Positions 37,483 through 46,878 of a stretch of DNA of 64,000 bases are shown here, one piece after another. Numbering within the stretch: the first letter of the stretch is position 1; the number at the start of each line of letters is the position of its first letter. Below the pieces are notes generated by a model. The model saw nothing but the letters and a program-made list of their open reading frames with translations, was not told the DNA's origin and did not search any database. This stretch comes from a virus: the IMG/VR virus record IMGVR_UViG_3300023179_000001, positions 39,922-103,921 of that record; one strand, 5' to 3'. The position numbers were made by a program, and so were the translations under genes.

Positions 37483-38453
37483 AATTCCCAGGGTTTGATA
37501 TTGGTCTCTTTCTTCAAGAGAGAAGCAAAGAGTACAAGGTTCATGAAAATTACTCTCACTTGGAGTACGCAACGAACTGCCCGATGTGTGTCGAGCGTGG
37601 GGAGCCTACGCCTGATCATAAGAAGAAACTTTGGATAAATCCCAAGACTGGATACTACCTCTGCTACCGATGCAGTTGGACGGGGGACTTGGTTGATCTC
37701 ATTCGAGCCTTTGACAAGTGCTCGATGGGTTCTGCAATAAAAATACTTCAGGGCAAACCTCTTGATCCAATGGAGAATTTAAACCTTCATCTTGAGATTG
37801 AGCACTACGACTTGGATGAGGAGAGACAAGAGCTTAAAGAGATTGAGCTTCCCTACGGTTACAATCCTATTGTGAAAAATCACGCTTATCTTATCGAGCG
37901 TGGAGTCCCCTTCGAGTACGCAGTTGATCACGAATGGGGTTTGAGCGATGCAGGATTCACGAAAGATAGGCTCATCGTGCCTACGTTCATGGATTCTAAG
38001 ATAGTTTTCTGGCAAGCAAGAGCTACTTGGGACGATCCTGACAACGATGATTTTAAAAAGGTTTTAAACCCCGTAGGCGTTTCAGCAAGGCACGTTCTAT
38101 ACAACTACGATAACGCAATCGAGTTTGATGAAGTTATCATTGTCGAAGGCTTTATGGATGCCTGTAAAGTTGGAGAAGATGCAGTAGCTACGAATGGAAA
38201 GAACCTACATCCCCAACAAGTTGAGCATCTAGTAAATGCAGGAGTAAAAAAAGTTGTACTCATGTGGGATAGAGATGCGTGGGAGGATGGAGCTAGAAAG
38301 AAAAACAAACTCTCATCAATTCAAAGAGCTACCGATCTTCTAAGGCTTTGGGGAATCCAAGTCCGAGCCGTAAAAATGCCAGATGAAAAAGACCCAGGAA
38401 GTTATGAATATCACTCCGAAGAATTAAGAAATCTCATCGAAAAGGCGAAGTAA
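37479..38453 (+). CDS. DNA primase (zinc finger plus TOPRIM)
   Basis: CPMC...CYRC, YL.ERG, RLIVP, VEGFMD, WDRD, KDPG. Confidence 0.9.
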   Translation: MKFPGFDIGLFLQERSKEYKVHENYSHLEYATNCPMCVERGEPTPDHKKKLWINPKTGYYLCYRCSWTGDLVDLIRAFDKCSMGSAIKILQGKPLDPMENLNLHLEIEHYDLDEERQELKEIELPYGYNPIVKNHAYLIERGVPFEYAVDHEWGLSDAGFTKDRLIVPTFMDSKIVFWQARATWDDPDNDDFKKVLNPVGVSARHVLYNYDNAIEFDEVIIVEGFMDACKVGEDAVATNGKNLHPQQVEHLVNAGVKKVVLMWDRDAWEDGARKKNKLSSIQRATDLLRLWGIQVRAVKMPDEKDPGSYEYHSEELRNLIEKAK

Positions 38454-38468
38454 CTTCACATCACCGAT

Positions 38469-38496
38469 TAAAGATCGTTTCAGATTGTACCGAATA
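38469..38496 (+). promoter_or_regulatory. Sigma-28-type promoter candidate
   Basis: TAAAG-N15-ACCGAATA upstream of the secreted-protein gene. Confidence 0.4.
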
Positions 38497-38538
38497 GATT
38501 AATGCAGCGTATTAAGCTGCGCTCGAAAGGACAACTAA

Positions 38539-39246
38539 ATGAAGTTAATTATATCAATCTTAACCCTGTGCACTTTGTGCTTCGGCACAGATTACACAAT
38601 AGAAATCCATGGGGATGGAAACTACACCCGTGGAGATCAAGAAGCGGCTGAAGAAACCGCTTATCAGTTAGAACGTGAGATGCAAACCCTTCAAGGGATT
38701 GCGTATCACTCAAACACATCAATCAAAGCAATTATCAAAATCGCATCTAAGAATCTTAGAAGGCGTGGGCACTTCACAACTGCCAACGAGATTGAGCGAG
38801 GTTGGGATCGCTTTGATGGCAAGTTGATTAAATTAGCTCAAAACCAAGGAGATGTTGCAAATAGGAATATAGGAGATTTTGAACCACTTGTTCAGTGGCT
38901 TAGTGATGCTTACGAAAAGATTGAATCAAAGCTAGGGTATCAACTCTGTGTCGCTTTGAGACTCAGTGATCTTAAAACCATCAATCACGGCTTAGTTGTG
39001 GTCTTTAGACCATGCAAGTACGGGTACGATGAGTTTTATAAACACTTTGCTACAAACGATCCAAAGTACCGATCCCTTCTCCCAGTTGTGTCCTACTGGT
39101 CAACCGTCATCGGTTGTTCAATCGGGACATACGGGATTGGCTACTTTTTTATCTGCTCACCAGCAGGGATGTTGGTTGAATTCGTCGTGGATAAAAAGGT
39201 CGCACCTTGGCTTGCACCTAAGATTTACAATTCAGTTTGTAACTAA
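38539..39246 (+). CDS. Exported hypothetical protein with hydrophobic Cys-containing C-terminus
   Basis: Signal-like MKLIISILTLCTLCFG; AAGGA RBS. Confidence 0.7.
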   Translation: MKLIISILTLCTLCFGTDYTIEIHGDGNYTRGDQEAAEETAYQLEREMQTLQGIAYHSNTSIKAIIKIASKNLRRRGHFTTANEIERGWDRFDGKLIKLAQNQGDVANRNIGDFEPLVQWLSDAYEKIESKLGYQLCVALRLSDLKTINHGLVVVFRPCKYGYDEFYKHFATNDPKYRSLLPVVSYWSTVIGCSIGTYGIGYFFICSPAGMLVEFVVDKKVAPWLAPKIYNSVCN

Positions 39247-39259
39247 CAGGAGAGCTAAC

Positions 39260-39661
39260 ATGGAAAAATTCAAAATTCTAAAGAATGGATTAGTTCAAGG
39301 AGGTGATGCTGAATATGAATTTGATGGCAATAATAAGATTGCTTATTCCGCTAGTATTAAGGTTGGTGTGGGATTTTTGGCTAAAACCTATTCTCGCAAC
39401 GGGGAGGTTTTGCTTGACGATCCCTCGCTTATGTTGTCACAAAATCTCAAACCTGAAATCGAAAAACAATTCGGGCCGCTTAAAATCAAAGCGGTCAAAA
39501 AAGAAAATGAAATAGTGCTTTGTGAATTAAAAGCAGAAAATCTTTCTGGAGAAGCCTTTGTAAGCACGTTGGAAAGGTTTATTTCTGTGCTGAGAGCCAA
39601 GTTTGAAGTTTCGGTATCAGGATTGGATTTAATGATTGAACTAGAAAGGTCTAGCGAGTGA
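39260..39661 (+). CDS. Hypothetical beta-rich protein
   Basis: Start moved to MEKFKIL behind AGGAG. Confidence 0.65.
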   Translation: MEKFKILKNGLVQGGDAEYEFDGNNKIAYSASIKVGVGFLAKTYSRNGEVLLDDPSLMLSQNLKPEIEKQFGPLKIKAVKKENEIVLCELKAENLSGEAFVSTLERFISVLRAKFEVSVSGLDLMIELERSSE

Positions 39662-39702
39662 CCTTTTTATTGTGATACAATAAAAAAGAGTATAGGAAGC
39701 TA

Positions 39703-39746
39703 GGGCCAATCTTCCTTGGAAGTGGGGGGTTGGCCCGTTTATTTTT
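39703..39746 (+). terminator. Putative intrinsic terminator
   Basis: GGGCCAA/TTGGCCC stem followed by GTTTATTTTT, between convergent genes. Confidence 0.55.
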
Positions 39747-40035
39747 AGTAACACCTTGGCTCTGACAACAAACTTCTAATCTCTTCAATGCTGCGCTTAT
39801 GCAGCCTATTTCTTAAATGAATCAAATCCGCTTCGGTGACGGATGGAAATTCTGTTTGGTAATTTTTTAAAACCTGATCTATTAAAAACACCTTCTCCAA
39901 GCATATTAACTCTGATTCCTCTTTACTAATCGTTATAGGTTCTTCCACTGGTTCTATCCTTATTTTAGATATTTGGTTGGATTTATGGACGTGATCGAAA
40001 AGGCCAAAAGCATGGGAAAGGTTATACCATATCAC
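39745..40035 (-). CDS. Hypothetical protein (true start probably GTG near 39948)
   Basis: A sigma-70 promoter overlaps the annotated start; AGGA precedes VEEP. Confidence 0.4.
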   Translation of the reverse strand: MIWYNLSHAFGLFDHVHKSNQISKIRIEPVEEPITISKEESELICLEKVFLIDQVLKNYQTEFPSVTEADLIHLRNRLHKRSIEEIRSLLSEPRCY

Positions 40036-40049
40036 TTAACGCTGTGCAA
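40021..40049 (-). promoter_or_regulatory. Sigma-70-type promoter
   Basis: TTGCAC-N17-TATAAC with extended TG. Confidence 0.55.
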
Positions 40050-40165
40050 TAAGAATGTTATTTTTGATCCTGATTTGGTGATTGGATAATTCTTGTTTTA
40101 CGGACCCTGTTTTTTAACTACTTCTGCCATCCGAAGGATCTCTAATGTTTTTGTTTGGCTCACCA

Positions 40166-41149
40166 TCATCCTCCTCCAAATTTATTTCTCTGATTTCTCA
40201 CTTTGGACTTTAAATCCTGTTTGAGTTTTTCACTGGTAACTGTTTTTGGATTTAAGTCTTCTCTGAATCTGTAAAAAGTGGGGTGCCTCAACCTCCCTAC
40301 AGGATTGTCTGAGGAGCGTTTTGAGACTTGGATTTCGTGGGCGAAAATGTCTACAACTTTCCCAATAAATTTCTCAGGATTTTTCGCCATCTGATTTCTC
40401 ATCGCATCGTCAAACCCAGATGCGAACCCGATCTCTACTAATTTGTCTTCGTGGTACACTGATAGGGCGATTGCTCCCACACTCCCTGAATATTTCCCAT
40501 TCCCAGACTTGAAACCACTGATAACGCAGGAAACATCGTAACTCTTTTTCATCTTGGCCCAACCAATCCCATAACCCATTCGCAAATCTTTGATGATCAG
40601 ACCTTCACCACCCTTGCCCACAACTTCTTTAAAATACGATTCAATGTCACCTTGGACTTGAGCGATTGCTTTGACAAACTCGTTATTCATCTCTGCTACA
40701 ACGTACTCAAGAATTTTTCTTCTATCTGCGAGAGATTTTCCTCTCACATCTATGCCTCTAAAACTCATTACATCGAAAACGTGGTAAACAACCTTTCCAT
40801 ACTGTTCTTGTTTTTGGATTGCGAGCGCAGGGCCAGAATTCATCACGGAGTTGGTTTGAAGAAAATTCTCTGCCATGATCTCCCCATCCAGCACAGTCCC
40901 CTCTAACCCTGAGTAAGACTGTGCTGTGATGTGAGGAACATTTTTAGTTCGATCAACGTGCTTATCATCTATCTCGGATACCCTGCGAGATAACAAAGCA
41001 TTGGGAGAATTGCGTTCGTATGGATCTCCACCTATGTATAGGACATAGCGAGATCCATCCAATTTTTCTTCAGCTACCAAATAATCTTTTTCAAAATTAT
41101 CTGGTAGTTTCGCAGTACAACGTGATGGGGGCATTAGTTCAAACTTCAT
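40166..41149 (-). CDS. ATP-dependent DNA ligase (minimal)
   Basis: EKLDGSR, LDGE, VFDV, EGLIIK, K.K, LRHP.F.RFRED. Confidence 0.93.
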   Translation of the reverse strand: MKFELMPPSRCTAKLPDNFEKDYLVAEEKLDGSRYVLYIGGDPYERNSPNALLSRRVSEIDDKHVDRTKNVPHITAQSYSGLEGTVLDGEIMAENFLQTNSVMNSGPALAIQKQEQYGKVVYHVFDVMSFRGIDVRGKSLADRRKILEYVVAEMNNEFVKAIAQVQGDIESYFKEVVGKGGEGLIIKDLRMGYGIGWAKMKKSYDVSCVISGFKSGNGKYSGSVGAIALSVYHEDKLVEIGFASGFDDAMRNQMAKNPEKFIGKVVDIFAHEIQVSKRSSDNPVGRLRHPTFYRFREDLNPKTVTSEKLKQDLKSKVRNQRNKFGGG

Positions 41150-41151
41150 AA

Positions 41152-41787
41152 CTATTTCCCCAAGATTTTAGATAACTCATCGTGAGCAGAAGTTTTTTTA
41201 GATTTTGCCACGATTGCTCTTGCCTTCTCAGCCGCTTCCTTTTTGTGCTTTTTTTCAACTGGTGCTACTACTGGAGCGGCTTGTGCTGGAGCTTCGACAG
41301 ATTGTTCGACCGTTGCCTCAAGCAATGGAGAAAAAGCATCTAAGCATTTGGCCTTGAAGTCAGAATTCGCACGAAACTCTAAGTACAACTTAGGATCGTT
41401 AGGAATAATAACTTTGTCTAAAGAGCTTTTTGGCAAACTCTCTTTAAGCTTTGTGGTGGAAAAAGTGGCAAGGGCAACAAGCGATTCGATGGTGATCACT
41501 CCATCTTTGACTAGCTGAACCAAAGCGTCTGTATCCACTTTGTCTGCCGACATAGACTTGTAGGTTATAAGTCCATAGTTTGTTGGCACACCTTCGCTAG
41601 TTTTGATGTCGATCCCATCTGTGTTTTCTTGCAGATAGGTTTCGAGTTCTTTTTTCCCATCATCAAAAAGACCTTTGGAAATACTAGAGATTTGTTGCAT
41701 GGTAAAAATGCCACAGACCTTGCTTTCCATTGGTTCGGGGAATGTTAGTATTGATGCCGTTTTTGGTTCTTTTGGTTTGATTGCCAT
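41152..41787 (-). CDS. Hypothetical early protein
   Basis: Start moved to MAIKPKE behind AAGGAG. Confidence 0.7.
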   Translation of the reverse strand: MAIKPKEPKTASILTFPEPMESKVCGIFTMQQISSISKGLFDDGKKELETYLQENTDGIDIKTSEGVPTNYGLITYKSMSADKVDTDALVQLVKDGVITIESLVALATFSTTKLKESLPKSSLDKVIIPNDPKLYLEFRANSDFKAKCLDAFSPLLEATVEQSVEAPAQAAPVVAPVEKKHKKEAAEKARAIVAKSKKTSAHDELSKILGK

Positions 41788-41810
41788 AATAGCTCCTTTG
41801 TTTTGGCTTA

Positions 41811-41922
41811 CAATTACTATTATACACAATGCGTTATAAATAGCAATATCCAAGAGTTAAGTCTTTATTATTCTGTATGATTTTGTATGAAATTTGCAAT
41901 ACAAAGTGTTATGGTATAACAT
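41811..41922. promoter_or_regulatory. Divergent sigma-70-type promoters
   Basis: Minus: TTGCTA-N16-TATAAT (41846-41819). Plus: TTGCAA-N17-TAACAT (41894-41922). Confidence 0.6.
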
Positions 41923-41945
41923 GGTAGTCAATAAGTGAGGTTTTT

Positions 41946-42137
41946 ATGCACAAATGTATCGTGTGTGACGACGAAAGACTAAAAAAAGTAGGTGATAAGG
42001 TTAGCGGTGCCTATACCGATTATACAGACGATGTGGACTTAGAAGAGCTAGTTCGCACAATCGCTGAAGGCTTGGGTATAGAAGTTACCGATTCAGAAAT
42101 AAGTAGCATTGCGTATCACGTTGCTACCAGAGGTTAG
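41946..42137 (+). CDS. Small acidic hypothetical protein
   Basis: GAGG RBS; first gene behind the promoter. Confidence 0.65.
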   Translation: MHKCIVCDDERLKKVGDKVSGAYTDYTDDVDLEELVRTIAEGLGIEVTDSEISSIAYHVATRG

Positions 42138-42143
42138 GTTAGT

Positions 42144-43043
42144 ATGATTAAGGTTTTTTACAATCCACTTCAGAGTGCTGAGAAAAACAATAGCTTTTCT
42201 CCTTCTGCTTCCAAGCCAAGGCTCGTTGCAGACGTTTTTTCTCAATTCCCTTCTGTAAAAATTGAAGAATGTTTTTCCCCAATCTCTATCTCTGCCCTTT
42301 GTCGTGTTCACGATCCCAAGTACGTCAAAGGAGTTCTTGATTGTAAAATCAACAATGGCTTTGGCAATCGATTGCCAGAAATTGCCAAGACTTTACGATG
42401 GACTTCTGGCTCTATGTACGCTGCTGCCAAGTGTGCTATTCGCAAAGGCGTTGCAGTATCTCTGACATCTGGATTCCATCATGCTTCTTATGACCACGGT
42501 TCTGGATTTTGCACTTTCAACGGCCTTATGGCCGCAGCCGTCAAGTTACTCGATCAAGGCCATTCTAAGATTGGTATTCTTGACCTCGATGCCCATTACG
42601 GGGACGGCACTGAGAACATCATCAAGACTCTTGGCCTTGAAAATAAAATTTCCCATTACACTTTCGGCAGAGAGTTTTATCGCTTTGATTCTGAGCGACA
42701 GTGGCTTAACTCTTTAGAGCAAGCTATCATTGATAAATTTTCAGATTGCGATGTTGTACTCTACCAAGCTGGTGCCGATCCGCACATCGACGATCCGCTT
42801 GGCAAAATGCTGACCACTGAAGCCATGCGAGAGCGTGATCAGATCGTTTTTAGAACCTGCAAGGCCCACAAAATACCAGTGGCTTGGAATCTTGCTGGGG
42901 GTTATCAACAGCCTATTGAAAAAGTGTTAGAGTTACACGCCAACACTCTTATTGAGTGTGTTTTAGTTTTTGAAAAAACAAAAAAACGTCCTTCACGCCT
43001 TCGCCTAAAAGATGTGTGGATACCAATAAAACCAATGTATTAG
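42144..43043 (+). CDS. Zn-dependent histone deacetylase family (HDAC/AcuC-like) enzyme
   Basis: VH...YV, GFHHA, GFCTFN, DLDAHYGDGT, QAGADPH.DDPLG, GGY; catalytic HH, Zn ligands D-x-H/D and the Tyr are present. Confidence 0.92.
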   Translation: MIKVFYNPLQSAEKNNSFSPSASKPRLVADVFSQFPSVKIEECFSPISISALCRVHDPKYVKGVLDCKINNGFGNRLPEIAKTLRWTSGSMYAAAKCAIRKGVAVSLTSGFHHASYDHGSGFCTFNGLMAAAVKLLDQGHSKIGILDLDAHYGDGTENIIKTLGLENKISHYTFGREFYRFDSERQWLNSLEQAIIDKFSDCDVVLYQAGADPHIDDPLGKMLTTEAMRERDQIVFRTCKAHKIPVAWNLAGGYQQPIEKVLELHANTLIECVLVFEKTKKRPSRLRLKDVWIPIKPMY

Positions 43044-43052
43044 GAGCTACTT

Positions 43053-43316
43053 ATGAGAAGACAAAGAGATGACAAACCAAGACTGTTTACGATGAAACTT
43101 TCAAGCTTTCATTGGACTTGCATTGAGGCAGTTAAACGAGCTATGGAAGTAGATAGTTTGTCTGTGGATAGTGTGACCTATTCCCATTCCGTTGAGACTC
43201 TGATCAACCTTGGGATGAAGGCATTTGCGAAGATGTACGACAGGCAGTTAAAAGAGGTTAATTTTGACTACGAGAAGCAAAAAACAGAGCTAACCAAAAA
43301 GATAGCCTCTAAGTAG
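43053..43316 (+). CDS. Possible RHH-type DNA-binding protein
   Basis: FTMKLS beta-strand then helices (TYSHSVETLINLG); AGGAG RBS. Confidence 0.45.
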   Translation: MRRQRDDKPRLFTMKLSSFHWTCIEAVKRAMEVDSLSVDSVTYSHSVETLINLGMKAFAKMYDRQLKEVNFDYEKQKTELTKKIASK

Positions 43317-43341
43317 CTAATAATAATACAGAATAATATAG

Positions 43342-43370
43342 TTGACATACTGAGTATGATGATATAACAT
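43342..43370 (+). promoter_or_regulatory. Sigma-70-type early promoter
   Basis: TTGACA-N17-TAACAT with AT-rich upstream element. Confidence 0.75.
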
Positions 43371-43402
43371 AGTAGTTAAGCCAAAACAAAGGAGTAACTA
43401 CT

Positions 43403-44449
43403 ATGAGAGATCGAAAGCGTTTAACCTGTAAGATTTGTGCCTACAAGTCAGATAATCTAGTACCACACATAGAATCAAAGCATCAGGACTTGGGCGAAGA
43501 TGCTCTAGTAGCCTACATGGAAAAATATGAGTGTGATGTTGTTGATGTCGTTGTCGAATCGCACGAAGGGCCAGAAATTTGTGGTATTCCACTAGCACTC
43601 GGCCACTTGCCAGAATTATCTCCTCAACTAGATTCTGCTTATAAGTTCGAACTAGCCATTCATGGCGACATTGTAATGGATATTATTGAAAACAAGCCTG
43701 TAATGATTACTGGTCACGCTGGTACAGGCAAATCAACCACGATTGAACAAATCGCAGCCAGAACAAAGCAGGGCGTTATTCGAGTTGAGTGTAATCACGA
43801 TATGTTGAGCAGCGACCTGATGGGAAACTGGAAGGTTTCTAACGGCTCGATGGAATGGGTTTACGGGCCACTCCCAAAAGCAATGAAAGAAGGGTTGTGG
43901 TTGATCTTGGACGAAATCGACTTTGCTCCAGCAGGGGTTTTGTCCCTACTTAATGAAGTTCTCGAACCAAACGGGAATCTCAAAATCAAAGAAAACGGAT
44001 ACGAGCAAATCACGCCACACAAAAACTTTAGGATCTTTGCTACTGCGAATACCGCAGGTGCAATGCAGAATTTCCGTCATCTGTACCAAGGTACAAATAT
44101 CATGAATGAGGCTTTCTTGGATCGGTGGAGAATTCATGTTTACGACTACCCCACAGAAGATCGTGAAGTTCAGATTTTATTGTCTAAAACCAATCACAGA
44201 GAGTCTTTGGCTAGATCGATTGTTAGAGTAGCAAATCTGATTAGAGATGCTTTTAAGAATGAAGAAATTTCAACCACGATGGGAGTTAGGAGAGTTTTGG
44301 ATTGGGCAGATCTAATGATTCGCCACAACGATCCACTGCGAGCCGCTCAAATTGCAATCTTTTCAAAAGTACCCAAAGAAGATGCCGAGGTAATCAGGGG
44401 AATCATTCAAAGAACTGTAGCTCCTGAATCGACAAGGGGGACTTTATGA
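43403..44449 (+). CDS. MoxR/CobS-like AAA+ ATPase with N-terminal C2H2-like finger
   Basis: GHAGTGKS, LILDEID, FATAN, AFLDRW; N-terminal CKIC...H...H. Confidence 0.9.
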   Translation: MRDRKRLTCKICAYKSDNLVPHIESKHQDLGEDALVAYMEKYECDVVDVVVESHEGPEICGIPLALGHLPELSPQLDSAYKFELAIHGDIVMDIIENKPVMITGHAGTGKSTTIEQIAARTKQGVIRVECNHDMLSSDLMGNWKVSNGSMEWVYGPLPKAMKEGLWLILDEIDFAPAGVLSLLNEVLEPNGNLKIKENGYEQITPHKNFRIFATANTAGAMQNFRHLYQGTNIMNEAFLDRWRIHVYDYPTEDREVQILLSKTNHRESLARSIVRVANLIRDAFKNEEISTTMGVRRVLDWADLMIRHNDPLRAAQIAIFSKVPKEDAEVIRGIIQRTVAPESTRGTL

Positions 44450-46131
44450 AAAACTCACTTGAATCATCACTTGAAAAGATTGGTCGTATTTTAGCCAGAC
44501 AATACAACATCGAAGTTGTGTTTGAAGGCAATCAAGCTAAAACAGATGGTAAAAAAATCTATCTACCCAACTTTCCAGAAATTTCAGAAGAATTAGGTGC
44601 AGACCTGAACGCATATCTTGATCATGAAGTAGCTCACTGCAAATTTACAAACTTCCCTGTAATGAAGGGCTGTAAAACAGGGTTTCACGCAAATCTTCTC
44701 AATGCTACCGAAGATGTCAGAATCGAAGCAGAGATGATCAAGGAATATCCTGGTACAAAGTTTCACTTAGACGCTTTGAATTCTAAACTAACCAAAAACA
44801 TTTATAAGGCTAGGGCTAAGGGACATTACCCATACCCTGTCAGAATCATCTTTGATGTCCGAGACATCATGTTGGGCAAAACACCAGTGGTTGAAGATGA
44901 TATTAAGCAATACATTGATCTGATTAGAGAAGACGCTGTAAGTCTTAGAGATTGCAAATCAACCGAAGATATTTTTCGGGTTACAGAAATAATCTGCAAC
45001 AAAATTAGCGGTGCGGTTGAAAAGCAAAAGCAGCAACAAAAGCCAGAACAGTCAGAGCCAGAATCATCTGAACCAAAAAAGAATAAGTCCAAGCTAAGTC
45101 AATCAGAGCAGGATTCAATGGTTAGAGACTCTGTGCAGTCCAGCAAAGACAAGTTTGATAGATATACGATGGATGTTCACTCAATGATCGACAAATCCAT
45201 TAAGCAGAGCGAAAAAGAAAACAAACAAAAATACAAACTTGGGTTTAGCAAAAAACCATACGTCCCTGCCACAACTCGGTTTGACAAAATTACAGACCAC
45301 TCTGGCAAAGGGAATCAGTCAGAATACCTAGAATTAAAAAAACAAATTTCCAAGATTGTATCTCCCATACGCAATGCGTTTGAGAAATCACTCAAGGTAA
45401 AAGAAAACTCTAGATGGCATCTTGAAAAAGAACGTGGCTCAGTATCAGGACGAACCATGTATCGCACTTTCACAGATCCTTCTTACAATAGAATTTTCAA
45501 AAGCCTAACAAAGCAAGAAACCAAAGATGTGGCAGTATCAATCCTTATTGATCTTAGCTTGTCTATGAAGGGTGACAAATTGCAAATTGCCAAACAAGCC
45601 GCAATAGCCATGGGTGAAGCCCTGAAGTCACTCGACATACAGTTTGAGGTTTTAGGGTTTAGTTCAGTCTACAATGCTGAATTGCATAGGCTCTCAAAGC
45701 TAAACCGATGGTCTTGGAAATCTTTTGCCAGAAGCACAGAAGCCTTAGACCTTCGTGTTTTTAAAAGCTTTGAGACAACATCGATGAACGGGATTACGAA
45801 CCTTCGCACAGGCCAAGAGAATCCAGACGGTGAGTGCCTAGCTTGGGCAGCAAAGCGTTTGACCACCAGAAAAGAAAAAAGAAAAATTTTAATCGTATTA
45901 AGCGATGGTCAACCGTACACTCAGGACACTGATACTGGCATCTTGTGTAATGACCTGAAAAATCGTATAGCTAAAATAAAGAAGTCAGGCATAGAGTGTG
46001 TTGGGATTGGTATTCTAACAGACTATGTTAGAGAGTATTATCCAGAGCACGTTATAATCTCAAACTTAGAAGAGCTACCACAACAAGCTCTTAAAAAGAT
46101 TACTACGATGCTTTTGAGGGCAGTGGCATGA
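44446..46131 (+). CDS. CobT-like vWA protein with N-terminal HExxH
   Basis: A.TDG, DHEVAH, N..ED.RIE, MIDAS DLSLSM, DGE, VLSDGQP. Confidence 0.88.
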   Translation: MKNSLESSLEKIGRILARQYNIEVVFEGNQAKTDGKKIYLPNFPEISEELGADLNAYLDHEVAHCKFTNFPVMKGCKTGFHANLLNATEDVRIEAEMIKEYPGTKFHLDALNSKLTKNIYKARAKGHYPYPVRIIFDVRDIMLGKTPVVEDDIKQYIDLIREDAVSLRDCKSTEDIFRVTEIICNKISGAVEKQKQQQKPEQSEPESSEPKKNKSKLSQSEQDSMVRDSVQSSKDKFDRYTMDVHSMIDKSIKQSEKENKQKYKLGFSKKPYVPATTRFDKITDHSGKGNQSEYLELKKQISKIVSPIRNAFEKSLKVKENSRWHLEKERGSVSGRTMYRTFTDPSYNRIFKSLTKQETKDVAVSILIDLSLSMKGDKLQIAKQAAIAMGEALKSLDIQFEVLGFSSVYNAELHRLSKLNRWSWKSFARSTEALDLRVFKSFETTSMNGITNLRTGQENPDGECLAWAAKRLTTRKEKRKILIVLSDGQPYTQDTDTGILCNDLKNRIAKIKKSGIECVGIGILTDYVREYYPEHVIISNLEELPQQALKKITTMLLRAVA

Positions 46132-46412
46132 AGATAACAAAAGAATCTTTGAAAAAGTTTTGTGATGAAAATAAGATTTTTTATCACAAGTCGGCAAGTG
46201 TTGATTATCTAAAGGCTGCAATTTTTCGCTTTGCGTCTAATGGGAAAAGGTCTTCATCCAAATCTTGTTTTGGGTTTTGGGAAGAAGACAACAGTGAATG
46301 TTCGATGTGCTCTTATGAAGAAAAGTGTTTTAAATTGTCCATGGGCGAGGACAAAAAAAAGTACGATAGAGTTGTGGCGAAGTCTTTGAAACAACTCGAA
46401 GAATGGGTTTGA
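46128..46412 (+). CDS. Cys-cluster protein (CFG...CxxC.....C)
   Basis: SCFGFWEEDNSECSMCSYEEKC; ATGA-coupled to the vWA gene. Confidence 0.65.
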   Translation: MKITKESLKKFCDENKIFYHKSASVDYLKAAIFRFASNGKRSSSKSCFGFWEEDNSECSMCSYEEKCFKLSMGEDKKKYDRVVAKSLKQLEEWV

Positions 46413-46536
46413 GGATGTAACCTTTGTTTTGGCGAATAACGGTAGCTCATCCTCAAAATGCTGGCCTTTGGGATCTTTTCCCAAGGGCCAGTTCTTGAAG
46501 TGTCAGATTTCCTCTGATAGTTTTAAAAAATCCCAA

Positions 46537-46878
46537 ATGGAATTTACTCACGACATTAAAAACGAAGCCGCTAGTGTGCTCAAAGCTTTTCGGATTTCTC
46601 CATTCGAAAGAAACAGGGTAAGGCTACTTGTAAAACTTGCTCGAAGGCACTCTAGGCTTGCAGAAACCCTTTCGATTAAAACAAAGCTATCAGAAAAACA
46701 GAACCGAGAAATGCTAGAAATTAAAAATCAAATCAAAGATTTATGTAAATGTTTTGATTTATTTGTCGATTTTGAAATACGCCCGAACGGGTGGACGGTT
46801 AGGCTACTAAATAAACAAAAAACCATCTTTAATTTTAAAGGAGGATCGAGTAATGGATATGGAGTCGGAAAATCTTAG
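46537..46878 (+). CDS. Hypothetical protein
   Basis: Probable start MEFTH after the hairpin region. Confidence 0.5.
   Translation: MEFTHDIKNEAASVLKAFRISPFERNRVRLLVKLARRHSRLAETLSIKTKLSEKQNREMLEIKNQIKDLCKCFDLFVDFEIRPNGWTVRLLNKQKTIFNFKGGSSNGYGVGKS

Noticed and set aside
43403-46131. Cobalamin biosynthesis as an auxiliary metabolic function
   Set aside because: No cobN or other cob genes in the window; phage CobS/CobT-like pairs are better treated as generic MoxR/vWA chaperones.
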